64,000 bases of DNA from Lama guanicoe. Taxonomy: Eukaryota. Where the stretch lies: assembly GCA_013239625.1 (NCBI GenBank), contig MU054466.1, positions 434,001 through 498,000 of the forward strand, written 5' to 3'. The notes under the pieces were generated by a model that ran no database searches, was not told the DNA's origin, and worked only from the letters and a program-made list of their open reading frames with translations. A program made the position numbers and the translations under genes. Shown here piece after piece: positions 16,979-29,682 of the stretch. Each line of letters begins with the position of its first letter. The first letter of the stretch is position 1.

Positions 16979-16984
16979 TTTATT
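16979..16984 (-). terminator. Polyadenylation signal AATAAA for HGS
   Basis: tttatt on + at 16979-16984, about 570 nt after the HGS stop. Confidence 0.8.
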
Positions 16985-17548
16985 ATCACCGTTCCATTCC
17001 GTCTACTGAGCAGGGCACTGGATGAGATGACAGCTCAGAAGCAGAGAAGCTGGAGACAGGCCCCCAGCCTTCCTGCGAGGGCCAGGAGTACCCCTGCTGA
17101 CAGCGTGGGGGGGCCACACTGGAGGGCTCTGGGGAGCACTCACACGAGTCACAGGCCCACGGTCTCATGGGTAGGGGTGGGAGGGCGAGAGCTGTGAGGC
17201 ACAGAGACCCCACTCCAGCCAGCCATCGCAGGACCTGACACAGGGGGCTGGGGGCTTCCTCTCAGAGAAGGTCCTTCCCTTCCACCCTCCTACCCGAGGC
17301 CCAGCCCTAGCGAAAGAAGTCAGACCGACTCACGGAGACAGGGACAGGGATGGGGCCTGGGGGGAGGAGGAGCCAGCAGGCGAGAACAAAGGAGGAGGCC
17401 TGGGATGAAGGACCACCCCAGCTCACATGGAGCAGGGACACTACAGGCAAGAGAGGAGAGAGCAACGCGGGTGGACGACGCTAGTTAGAGACGGAGGCAG
17501 CGGTTTGAACCGTAGTGTTACTCTGGATGGCGAGCTCCCCGGCTAGGG

Positions 17549-20500
17549 TCAGTCAAACGAGATGAGCTGGGCTTCGCTGCCCTGCACCGGTGGCCCCTGT
17601 GCAGGTGGCTGCTGGGCCACTGGGGGCTGCTGCTGGGGAGGGCCGCTGGAGGGCGCCATCTAGGGGGACACATGGGGGCTGTTGGTCTGTCCTCCCTCCC
17701 TCTTCCCTCCCTAGGCCCCCGCCTCCCCACCCTCTAATGGCTCTTCTAGAACACTTGTGTCCCAACCTTGCCCCAGGTCTGCAGGCCCCCAACTAGGCCC
17801 AGCCTGGGCTGCGCCAGCGGTGGTCTCTTGACTCCCTCTTTCCACTTGTCACGGGCTCCCGGTCCTCCTGTCCCCAGCAGAGCACAGACCCCAGGAAATT
17901 CTGATTAATGTCTATGGAGTTGAGCTGATATGGCCTAGGGCTCTTAAGTAAACACGTGCTTTCGACATCCCCAGGTGTGACTGTGTTTACGTCGGGTTCT
18001 GCCTGCAAAGCAGCAGTCCTTGCCAGCACTGGCCACCTTCCCAGGGCAGCCCTGCGGCCGATGGGGGCTCAGAGCGAAGCCTGAGCTGGCTTCCAGCACG
18101 GCCCTCCCTGGGGTCATGAGCTGTGATGGCGGCCCTGGGAGAGGCTCACCTGCTGGTACATGGGCTGCTGCCCCGAGATGTAGGGCTGCTGCGGGGGTGG
18201 CAGAGATGCATCCTGGCTGGGGAGGGTGGTCATGAGGTTCTGTGGAGAATAAAATGAACCTGAAAAGGGAGCTCTGAAACCAGAGAAACAGCATTTCTGA
18301 CTTGGAAAATCAAATGCCAACCAGCAAAGAGAGCCCAGTGGAGAGGACATGGGGTGGGGAGAAGGGCGGAGCCTGACAGTGCACCCCCAGCCTCTTGCCA
18401 AGGGTCCCCAGCCCGCCCCTGGCTGCTGACCCCACAGCCACGGCCTCTCACCTGCATGCTGTAAGGCTGGTAGCCCATGGACACGGACTGGCTCCCCATG
18501 TAACCCATGGTGCCCGACTGTGGGGGCTGGGAGATGGCCGGGAGGCTCTGCGGGGCCTGGGAGGCCACGTTCTGTGGAGGGAAGGGGGAACGGGAGAGAG
18601 CTGGGCCCAAGTGCCTCACAGTGGGGCTTTGTGGGGAGAGACGTGGCCCACCCGCCTACCTGGTACCCCTGCGTAGGGGTGGGCTGGTAGGACGAGTAGG
18701 CTGGGCTGGCGGTGGGCCCTGGGGGGCCCTGGGGGGCTGCCTGGGTGCCAGCGGCCCCCGCTGGGTACATGTAGGCACTCACCATGCTGGGATCTGCAGG
18801 GGAAAGGAGGCATGAGCCCCCACCCTGAGGGTGGGGGGGTGCGGGGGGCCTTCCTCTAAGTTGTCCTTTTCGTTGTGACTTTGGAACCAAGTTCACGTTT
18901 CATGTTCTCACAAGAGGGTGATAAATGAAACTGACGAGGACGAGAGAGACCCCTGCAACGTGTGCCATCAGGAGACCCGACACCGAAACTGACGGGTGGT
19001 CTGCAAGATGGCGGGGCTGGTGCTCTTTGGGAAGTCTGTCACAGAACCCTAAGGCAGACTGAGGAATGTTCTAGATTAAAGGAGATGAATGAGGCAGAAC
19101 AGCTGAACACAACACTTGACAGGTTTCCTGTTGGCACAAAGGGTGTCTCGGGCCATGCATGAGAGCCCAGCTGGGGGGGACACAGTCGCACCACGGCCTG
19201 AGAAGCCCCTGGCCTGGCGTCTGTGCCGAGGCCACACGGAAGCGTCCTGGTTGAGGAAACACACTGAAGCCTCTAACAGTAGAGGGCGCCCGGCTTGCCA
19301 CTCACCCTAACCTGCGCCAGAAGCGAGTGCGCGTGGGAAGAGGCAGGGTGGGGCATGGGAACACCCGGGGAACCTAAGCACCTCTCTGAACCGCTCTTCT
19401 AGTAAGTCTGACGTCACATCGAGGGAAAACAGAAGAACAGGGTAGTGATCTGGGCTCGTCTCGGCTGCTCCGTGGCTCCCCCACCGCCCGCCAGCCCATT
19501 ACCTGCTGTGGCCCCGGGCATGCTGGCGTAGGGGCCGCTGGTGGCCGGGGCCGCCTGGCTCATGTACATGGCGTGCATGGGGGAGCCCTCAACTGAGCCC
19601 GCGGGGCTGAAGGTCCCTGCGAAGCTTGCGGGGCCTGAGGGCTGGTACAGCACGCCCCCTGCCGCGGGCATGGCCTGGAGCTGAGGACAGAGACAGGACG
19701 TCAGAGCAGTTCTCGGTCCCCAGCGTCCCCCGAGGGCACGGGGCAAGGCTGAGCACGTGCCTGGGCATAGGGCAGGGAGAAGGCGGGCATCTGGGCCCGC
19801 ATCTGGATGGTCTGCTTCTGCTGCTCCAGGCGCATCTGCCGCTCCTTCTCCTGCTCCTGCAGGCGCTGGATGGCCAGCTGCCGCTGCACCTCCAGGTATT
19901 CCTGCTTCTTCTGCCGCATGATCTCCAGCTTCTGGGCCAGCTGGATCTGGCGCTGGCGCTCCGCCTCCTCGGCCGCGCGGCGCAGCTTCTCCCGGTGCTC
20001 CTCCCGCAGGGCGCTGAGGGCCCCCCGGGCGTCCCGGATCTGCGCCAGCTTGTCCTGCAGCCCCTCGTAGTACACTGCGGGGGAGGGCAGAGCTGGGGGA
20101 CCCTGGCATTGGCCAGAAGCACGGGATGCCCAGCGCTGGGCACCTGCTCCGGGCACTGCCTGGGCCTCCCTCGGCCCTGCCGAGTGCTTGTCAGCAGGAC
20201 AGCGGGCAGCTGGGCTCCAGGAAGGGCGCACGTGTGCACGCACACACGCGCGCACACTCTCTCCCCTGGGCTGGCTGGCCTGCGCTTAGTGGGTATTTCC
20301 TGCCACGGGGGTGGCCTGCTGTGGAGCCCGAGGCCCACACCTCCCCCGGCCGGACAACGCCTGGCCCAGAAGGCACCCCCAGCCCTGAGAGGGTGCAGTG
20401 GCCCCTGACCGGAGCCCCGTGGCACCTACGCCTGCGCTCGTCCAGCTGGTTGAGCAGCTCGAGCAGCTGGGGGTGCATGCCGTTGATGGACTGGAAGAGC

Positions 20501-23500
20501 GACAGCACGGCCGAATCGTTGGTGATGCTGCGGCCTCGCACGTGGTTGCTCTTCATGCGGTTGACGAAGGTGGTAACAGCGTTCTGCAGGGCCTTCAGGA
20601 ACTGGGCGTGGCTCTCCTCCGACTCCCCGTTCTGGCACTGCAGGGGCACGGTGCGGTCTGGTGAGCACCTCCTACGTGCCCAGGCCCGAGCAGGCACCCT
20701 CCGTCCGGCTCTGCCAGGCACTGAGCTCCAAGCCTGCTGCCCCCTGACCGGGCGCCCCCGGCAGCTCTGCGAGGGGCACCCTCAGCACCCGGCTCACAAG
20801 TGAGGAAACAGAAGCACAGGCACAGCATGGCTGAGAAGAAGCTGCCCGGCCCTGGTCTCTCACTCCAACGGGCAACAAAATGCACAGCCCCAGGAAGGCC
20901 CCGGACTCGTCCTGGTGGTTCTGGTCTGCCCGAGAGTATTACGATCATTCAGGGTAGGCTGCGAGTGTCCGAGCTCTGGCCCACAGCCAGCCCAGACAGA
21001 GCTGATGGAGGGTTCTGAGCCGGAGAAGCCCAGCTCCAGGAGGCCACTGCAGGCACCACTAGGCCCTCCTGACACTCTGTGCTCCCGGACACCCAGATTT
21101 CCCCTAACCCAAGGAGGGAACCGCAGCTTACCTCACTGAAGGAGCCACCGGCGGGAGTTACAGGCTGAGGATCCATCTCCGGGAGGGCAGTCTGGAAGAG
21201 ACGAGAGGGTGAATGGGGCTCCACCTTTGGCCTGTCCCTGTGTCCCCGTCCCAAGGACTGCGGGCAGCAGCCCGAGAGCAGCCCCTCACCTCCACACTCG
21301 CAGGGCCTGAGTGGCCCTCGGCGGGCTGGACAGTGGGCTCCGTCAGAGGCACTGGAGCGGACGGCGTGGGGCTCCTCCGAGCCTCCTCCTGCTTCTTCTC
21401 CCAGTAGTTGCGGTTGAGGTACCGGGCGAGCTGCACGGGCAAAAGGGGGTCACTCTCGAGAGCCAGGAGGCAGCGAGGGGAAATTGCCACCTGCAGGGCG
21501 TCCTCACCTCGGGGTCGATGTCCTCGGCCAGAGGCGCCGACGAGTTCTGGGGAGACGTGGGGGGTGTGAGGGGCCGTGGGCCAGAGGAGCAGCAACCCTG
21601 GCCGTCGCTCAGGAAGTGTGGATGGCGCAGTGCTGACAGTGGACCCCAGAGGCTGGCCAGAGCCAGTCCAGTCCCCAAGGGGCTGTACACAAGGTGCAGG
21701 GTGGTTCCCCGCCAGCCCTCCCAAGTACCCTCCAACACCCAGGAGGCAGGGGCAGGGCCACTCTCAGCCCCACCCCTGGAGCCCTGCACAACTTGCAAAT
21801 GACTTTCTGAACCTTCTGTCCCACCTGCTACCCATCCACTTTCTACAGAGGGGACTGGGGCCAGAGAGAGGTTGGGCCATCCCCCAGAAAGCAGGCCTGG
21901 GAGAGCTGCAAGGGAGGCTAGAAAAAGGCAGGGCCCTTGTGACCCCAGGCTCCCCACCTCCTCCTGCCTTTGCATCATCCTCTGCCCGACAGGGGCCCCA
22001 GCCAGGGAGCAGAGGCCTGTGAGAGCCAAGCTGCACCATGACCACTGCCGGCGAGATGCCGTGTCCTTCCCCCAGCGCCTGCCCCCCACACCTTCCCACC
22101 CACCACGGGAAGGCGTCTAAGCAGAGGCTGGGGCGGCTCACCACGGGTGAAGAGTACAGGCTGCTGGCAGGGGGCGCTGACGAGGCCACGGGCGCGGGCT
22201 CCGCCTTAGGGTACGCGGTGTAGGCCGACTTCTGTCTCTGCAGGAGAACCAGGAAGAGGGTGTCGCCATGTGCTCCTCTCGGTCACCCCCACTTCCCTCC
22301 ACCCGCCTCTGCCCCCATCCCCAGCTCACCATCCTCTCCTTCTCCTCGGCCTCTGACTGCGATAGGGCCAGTGCCAGCTGCAGCTCCTCCTCCTCCTGCA
22401 GGGCCGTCTCATCCCTCTTGGGGGGCAGCTGGGAAGGCAGGGCAGGTGGGTGGGGTGCCCGGGGCCCAGGAGCGAGGCGCAGCCTGGGGCCCAGGCGGTA
22501 CCTGGGACTGCTGGGACAGGGGACTGGTCAGGTACTCCGGGGGCAGCTCCGTTGATGAGGCAGCCTTTCCCTCCGCTTTCCTGGAGGAGACAGGACACCG
22601 TGGGTAACCAGGCACCAGACGCCGGGCCCCCAAGTTCTCGAGGACACTGCCTGGGCTTCCCTCCCATGTCCCCACAGAAGGATGACGGAGGTTCCACCGG
22701 CCACTCCAGAGAGTAGCTGGACCCTCAAAGCAGCTGTCACATCCGGGCTGCAGGGCTCCGGGCGGGTCACCAGCCTGCGCTGCAGCCTCCCTCCTGGAAG
22801 CGAGGCTCCGACACCCACTGGCCAGGCCACGGCCCACGGAAAGGCCTCCCCGTAGAACGGCCCGCGGACACCACCTCTCTGGGGGTCAGGACCCACACCC
22901 AGCGCTGGGACAGGTGGACAGCAGGGCCTCCAGACCAACCGCACAGAGCCCGACCCTAATCATGAGGAAACCTTGGACCCACACCCAGAGACACTACGAT
23001 AACCTGAACCCCGGCAATGTCCTGTCACGAAAGATGAGGGGGCTGAGGCACAGCCGGGTTAGGCAGCTGAGGTGACCGGTCCTGACAGAACAGAACTGCC
23101 AGGGGCCCTCCTGGGACTCGGGAAGCCCGCACAGTAGGTGTCGGCAACTACTGACGCCAGATGCCCCAACTCCACGACTGCGAGGAGAACGTGCCCCTGG
23201 GCGGCCACGTGGGAGGCCGAGGGGTGGGGGTCCGGGGCCTGCTGCCCACCCCCAACCGGTCCAGGACACAAGGCGCGTGCACAGGGACACAAGCAAGCGG
23301 GGCAGGTACATGCGATAAGTCAACGGGGCCACCTGGGGACCGGGGGAGGGGGCGTCCACGTGGGGTCTCCTAACCGCTCCCGCCACCTCTTCTGTAAGTT
23401 TTACTCCCAAACCAGAAACTTAGAAAGACAAACTCAACCACCTGGCCGGCTGGTCTCAGACCCCGGGCGCCCGTCTGGCTCTGCCCCGAGTCTGGCGGGG

Positions 23501-26500
23501 CCGAGGGAGCAGGGCCCGGGTGGGCCCCCTAGACAGTGGAGACAGAAGGCCGGCCCGGCTCCAGCGCCCACGGGGGACTCACTTGTTGAGCTGCTCATAG
23601 CAGGGCTCGCACACCCGCACTTCCTTCTCGATGCCGAACTTGGGGATGGTTGAGTACTTGGAGGAGCACTTGCCACAGAAGATCTGGCCACACGCCCGGC
23701 AGTGGTGCTGCGACACAGGGCAGGTCAGGGCAGCCGGTCCGTCCCCCTTCGCGCCCACTCTGCCCAGCACCACCCACTGCAGACACCGTAGGCTGGGCCT
23801 CCCAGGCCGGGGTGGGCAGAAGGGCCTGGGAGGCCAGAGGCCCTGGGGGAGTAGGGCATACTTCCAAGTCCCCGACTACAGCCTCCATTTGGGGGAAATA
23901 AGTATATATTGAAAAGAAGAAAATTTACAAAAAACGTGAATTGCCCTGATAAACAAAACTTTTGGTGGGCGGTGGGTGTGGTGAGTCTGCTCAGACGCCC
24001 GGGCCCAGCCCTCGCCACGGTCAGCCTGGACTTGGGTGGGAAGAGACGGTGGCCCGAGGGTCCAAGCCGGACAGGCTGAGTCAGCCGAGAAGACTCGGCT
24101 AATGGGCTGTTGGTCAAGGGAACGTAGACCCAGAGTGTTTCCGGCGGCGTGTAGCCTGGCCCGAGCTTTACCCAAGGGCACTGACCATCAGACACAGGAC
24201 CCCAAGGTGACCATGCTCACCACACAGCTGGGGGCTCGATGTGCTCCCCCCTACCAGGTCCCCACCAAGAGGAGAAGGACCATGCTTGGGTGCAGTGGCC
24301 TCATGACAGCAGCGGGTGGCCTGGGGCCCCTCCCCCAGGGCAGGCGCACTCACCTTGCGGGTCACAACCCCGAACTGTACCCGGCAGCGGTGGCATTCCT
24401 CAGCATCCACCCAGTCTGGGGCCTGGGGACGGGCAGAGTCAGGGTCACCCAGCCCCAGCCCTCCCTGCCCAGATTCCCGCTTCCCACAGGTGGGAGAAGA
24501 CCCCGGTGTGGGCAGGGGACTGGGGCCAAGTCACTGCAGACAGAGGAAGAAGTCGAGAAAGGCGCCCCCTCCAAAAACATTTCCTTTCTAAAGACACGAC
24601 AGCTAGACTTCCCCCAGCTCTGGAGACATGTCACTATGTTTTAACTGTCGGCCCGTGAGCCGCAGCCCTAGGGCACCGTGAACCGGGTTCCCGTCTCCGC
24701 CTGCAGAAACGCACGTTCCCCTCGGCAAGGTCAGCGTTCTCCTTCTCAAGACCAGCAGCAGCTCCCCTGCTCCCAAAAAGTCCGGGTCCCAGGGCCCCTT
24801 CTGCTTCCTCAGAGCCACCCAGTCCCTGGACCCCAGCGCCCTGCGGACTCACTCTCTCTGCGGCGAACATGGCGTCACTCTCCTTGAACTCGGGGAAGAC
24901 GTGTCCTGGAGAGAAGAGGCCACTGTCATGGCCAGGGGCCGCCCTGCACACGAGGCTCTCGGCCTCTCCAGTCCTCGCCCACCTGCCCTGAGGCTTTCAG
25001 GAGCTGTGTCCTGGCTCTCGGTATCTGCCTCCCCGACGCCTCCCCTCCGGGCTGGCACCTGCTGTGCCCTCAACAGCCAGTCAGCTCCACACTGGCCGAA
25101 CCTGAGGCCCCAGTGGGACGCGGGCCCCGGCCTCCTCCTGCTGGTTCGTCGTCACGCTCAGGTCTGGTACTCTTGCCACCTGCTCTCCAGGCCTCCCCCG
25201 ACCATGCGTCCTAGCCACCCCCATCCTCCTCTGGGGAGCCAGGTCCCCCTCTCGGAACCCAGCTCCTCCATCAACTCACCACTGCACTGCCTGGCCCCTG
25301 CTCTGATGGGGCATGAGGCCCATCAGAAAGCAGGGACTCAGGTGCCCAGAGCTGCACTGAGGCCACCGCTGCTCCCACGGAGAGGAGCCGCCCCCAACCT
25401 AGGTGGGGTGGACACAGCCTCCCTTGGGTCTGCCTGGTACAGGGTGCATCCTGAGCCTGGGACTGGACCCTCCTGCCCAGCTCCCCCGCTCACCTTCCAC
25501 CTTCATGATCTGGTACGTGTCCTGGACCACCTTGTACTTGGGTTCGTTCCGGAAGGCGTGTGCCCAGGCCTGGATAAGGTACAGGATCTTGTTTCGGACA
25601 TTTACTTCTACCTGCCTCTGCAGAGAGAGGAGAAAGAAGGGGGGGAAGGGGGGCCTTGGAGGGTGCAGGTACCAGAGACATCTTAGTACGGGGAGGCGGC
25701 TGGAAGACCCCACTACTCTGACAAACGGGGCTGGCAGAGGTGAGCACTGGGGCCACGGACTCACCCTCCTCCCTAGACACAGGCCTTCTCCAGGGCACCC
25801 TGTCTCTAAGAACAGATCCACTGTAACTGTCTGTCCACGCAGGGCCTGGACTTGTCTCTAACTGCCGGCAGAAGCCAGGGGTCCCGGAAGAGACGGCTTT
25901 CCAACCTACTTCCTGCTGTACTGGAACTACCTGCTCCCTCAACCCCGCCCAGGACTCCATCCGACCACCTCGGGAGCCCTTCAGCCTAAAACCCACTCTG
26001 GTGCCACTAATGGCCACCTCAAACAGGCAGAGCCAGCCAGGCTGAGGGAGCGAACGCCCAGCTGGCCAGCCCCGCCCTCCAGGCACAGCCACCCCAGGCA
26101 CGTGGTGGGGGCGGCAGCTCCAAAAAGTTCCCCACATACAAAGCCATCACCTCAGCAGGTTAAAGCACAGCCAATCACATTTCTAAGCCTCTCTCAGGGA
26201 CGCCGTCCACACTCGGCGCTCAGGATGGCAGACTGAGAAAGCTGCTTTGTGGAGACACCGACTGCAGCTCACGCACCCGGCTTGCCCCTCTTCCCTGTAA
26301 TCCGTGTCAGGTCAGTGGACCCCCTTCCTGTGGCAGCTCTGCTTCTCCAAGGACCGCAGCCACACGCAGCACGAACAGGGCACAATTGTGCCCAATGGGG
26401 AGGGCAGGTCCCAATTTCTCCACCAAGGTCACCAGTCAGGCCCTCGGAGAAGCCCCACTGTCAGCTCAGCCCCAGACAGACTCCTGGCCACGAGACCCGC

Positions 26501-29401
26501 GGGCGCCCGATGGCAGCAGAGACAGTTGCCCACCCTGGCAGCCTCACGTCCATGGAGCCCTTCACTTCCAAGGGTGGCTGCACTGCCCAGCTCTGCATCA
26601 CACAACCTCCTGGTGTCAGCACCCACGTCATAATCCCTGCAGGCAGGCAGTGAACTTGACCCCCCTAGGTGAGCCCTTGGGGCCCTGGAGGACTTTCTCT
26701 CCTTGGCCTGGGCAGGTGTGAAACCCACTGCCGCAGCGTCCCTGCTCTGCTGCACCCCCTACTCCTCCGCCACAAGCACACTGGACTTGTGTGCCTTCCT
26801 GCTTAGGGGCCTTCCCAAGCCTTTTGGGGCCCCCGAGGCCTCCGCTGGCATCTCCTGTCCGCAGCCACATGCCAAGACTACTTCCCCACCTTCTCTGCTG
26901 CTCAGTGAGCGTCCTCTGCCCTTCAAAACTCAGCTCCTGCCCCAAGGAAACCTTCCTAACCTTGCAGGAGGAGTGGGTCTCCTCTGCACCCCTTGGAAGA
27001 GCCCCAGCTGGCTTCCCGTAAGGCTTGACCTCATCAGGCAGGCGCCATGGACATTCCTGTTCCACTGTGCCTGACACTGTGCCTGCCATGCAAACCCCGA
27101 GAAGCCCATGTGCGGGGTGGCACACCCCAGGCCAGGCCTCCCCGGTCCCTGTAGGGTGCTCACCTTCAGCAGCTCCTTCAGCTCCTCCATGGTCTGCTTG
27201 TTGGCCACCTCGTCGTGGACCGTCTGGCCACAGTTCTTCACAACAGACTCCATGACCTGCAGAAGCCAGGGAGAAGGTGGGCCTCGACAGGGCCTTCAGG
27301 CCACCCAGCCAGACGGGAAAGCCCACAGGCAGCCTCCGGGGAAGGCCCTTCTAACTCCATGTTACCAATGACAGACAATGGAGTCAGCCTCGGGGCCTGC
27401 GTGCAGCAGCCTTGCCCTCATCCCGGCGTTCCACCGGGGCTGCCCTCACCCCCGGTGCCTCCACTGCTGGCAGTCCACCCAGCCCTGACATCCCCATGGT
27501 TGATGAGAGGAGTCTGGTTACCTCCAGGGCGTACAGGGCCACGTGGGGGTTCTTGTCATTGACTTTCTTCTTGATGGAACTCACGGCATATTTGGCTCTG
27601 ACAGGAAAGAGCCACAGCAAAAGCAGAAACAGAAAGGGAAAGAGAACACAGTCTCTGAGACTCAGAAAAAGCCCAGCCGCCATCCGGTCCTTGAGACCTC
27701 AGGCAGTCGTGCAGGTGACCACACGCTTCCAAGCTGCACAGAAGTCCTTTAATGGCCCCAAGATCTCAAAGACCCCAGCATGCAGACCAAACAGTCGTCC
27801 AGCCCTCGGGAGGTGAGCGGGCACTCACTGTGTGTCCCCCTGGCGGATCAGATCGCAGATCTGGAGGATGGACTCCCAGTCAGTCTCCAGAAGCAGCTGG
27901 CTGGTCGCTTTGTCTAAGGCAAAAACGCACTTGTTATGGGGGCTCATCCTGCTCAGTGACTCCCTAGGTGGCCCCCCAGCTCAGTGACAGGCAGGAGGGA
28001 CTGCCTCCTTCCCATGTTAGACATTTAGATCAAATGGAAAACCACTTAAAAATCTTCCTGTCTCATGGCAATAACCACAAGGGTGCGATCCTCCCCAAAA
28101 TGGAAGCAGATAGCTTGGAAAACAAGAACAGAAAACGCCTACCACATACTTGTCACAAACCAAATGCTGTTTTGAACACTATGTGAACTCATTTAACCCT
28201 TACAGAACTTTATAAATCAGTTGCTATTTCTACTCTCTTACAGACAAAATGACACAGAGAGGTGAAGATGCTGCCTGAAATCACACAGCTCGCTGCGGAC
28301 AGAGTCCAGGTTCAACACTGTACTCAGATGACTCTTCGCAAAAAAAGCTCTGCTGCCCTATCCCTCAGAGCCCCTGGTTTTTCCAAGGTTTAGCCTACCT
28401 AACTAGCCCTCAGCTGGGGCATGGCTGGAAAGATGCAGTGTGGACCCCAATCCTCTGCTTCAAATGTTTTGTGGGGTGAAGACAGGACGGACCTGCCAAG
28501 GAGAGTTCTCCAGCCAACCCCTCTCCTCTGTGTCAGACAGACGTGCTGTGAGGCGCTGCTGCTCCAGCCCAGCCAGCACCACCTCCCCTGGAGTCCTACA
28601 AATGATTGATATTGATCTGGCAGTAACTTCTGGGTGGACCACCAAAGGGCTGAAACACCCCATAAGCTGAGTTCCTCAGCCTGCATGTTCCACTGAGGTC
28701 TCCAAAACCACATTCAAGGAAAAAGGAGGGTGGGCTCAGGCAGACCAGGGAAGCACCCACAGCGCCTGTGCCAAACACAGAGCACACACAGTTTCATCGA
28801 GGGTGGGGGATTTGCCCATAAACATTCCTTTTCCTTCCTAAAACCTGCGACCTCCCGGAGCCTCAGAAGGATCAGCTACCCACCCCAACGCAGGGAACGC
28901 CTTCCTAAGCCCCAGACGCTTCCTGGAGCCAAACAGGGACCCACGGCGCTAGTCTGGCTCCCCAGGGAAGCAGCGCCCCAAAAGGCCTGGCAGGCTCCAG
29001 ACAGGACACTGCTGGCTCCACCCTTCGGGACCCCATGTCTGGGTCAGAACTCCCAGATCCCACGCAACCTAGGCTTTCCTGGAGCGAGACGGCCTACTGA
29101 GGTTTTACTGTTTGCCTGAGTCACCCGGTTCCGTGACTCAGGACGTGAGGCCCGCTCGGCCGGACGCTGCCGGTCGCTCTCCCGGGGCTCCTGGTCGGTC
29201 TCCTGCGCGACCCTCACGCCCTCGGGCCGGCGCCAGGCCAGCGCCCCGGACCGCCGGGCCCCAAGTCGCCGGCGCGCCCGCCCAGGGCCCGGGTCGCGCG
29301 GCGGCCGCCCCGGGGCGCGGGGGCCGGGAGGCTTTCCCACGGAGGGTGGCGGGGGCCGCGTTACCTAGGAGACGCTCGAAGGTGCCGCTGCCGCGCCCCA
29401 T
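17549..29401 (-). CDS. HGS: Hepatocyte growth factor-regulated tyrosine kinase substrate (Hrs, ESCRT-0; VHS-FYVE-DUIM-coiled coil), 776 aa, 21 coding exons
   Basis: Exons (minus): 29365-29401, 27829-27913, 27522-27597, 27164-27256, 25494-25617, 24853-24905, 24354-24422, 23583-23707, 22502-22580, 22330-22428, 22142-22237, 21508-21546, 21290-21430, 21132-21191, 20430-20637, 19761-20074, 19503-19680, 18660-18793, 18452-18571, 18150-18239, 17549-17659; total 2331 nt. Starts MGRGSGTFERLLDKATSQ; contains FYVE RKHHCRACG, a PSAP motif and the C-terminal clathrin box LISFD*. One intron (19681-19760) has a GC donor. Confidence 0.96.
28160..28330 (-). mobile_element. MIR SINE fragment
   Basis: Degenerate MIR core (ctcatttaaccctt...ttacagac...cacagagaggtgaagatgctgcctgaaatcacacagct). 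Family assigned from recall. Confidence 0.55.
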
Positions 29402-29682
29402 GGCGACCCGAACCCCGATCCGACGCCGCGGCGGTCCCTGCTGCGAGCCGGCGCGCCCCCGACTTCCGCTTCCGCCTCCCCCTCGGGCGCGCGCCCGCGT
29501 ACGTCTCCGGGCGGGTCCGTGTGCTGCTGGGCGCCCGTTGGGCCGCGCCTGCTGAGTTGATAAGAGCCATGAACCAATGAGAAGGCAGGAGGTGAGGCCT
29601 ATCCAATGAGAGCGGGGCTGAGGGCGGGCCTTGCGTCGTCGCGCCGCCGAGATACGGGTGTCAGGTGAAGCGGGGAGCGGCG
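29402..29682. promoter_or_regulatory. Bidirectional CpG-island promoter HGS/ARL16
   Basis: Divergent ATGs at 29401 (-) and 29683 (+). Tandem ETS/GABP sites ACTTCCGCTTCC at 29462-29473; CCAAT boxes at 29574 and 29603; GC box. Confidence 0.85.

Noticed and set aside
19761-20074. HGS processed pseudogene as the explanation for the fused exon
   Set aside because: All 20 other introns are present and the gene has its own promoter in the syntenic position.
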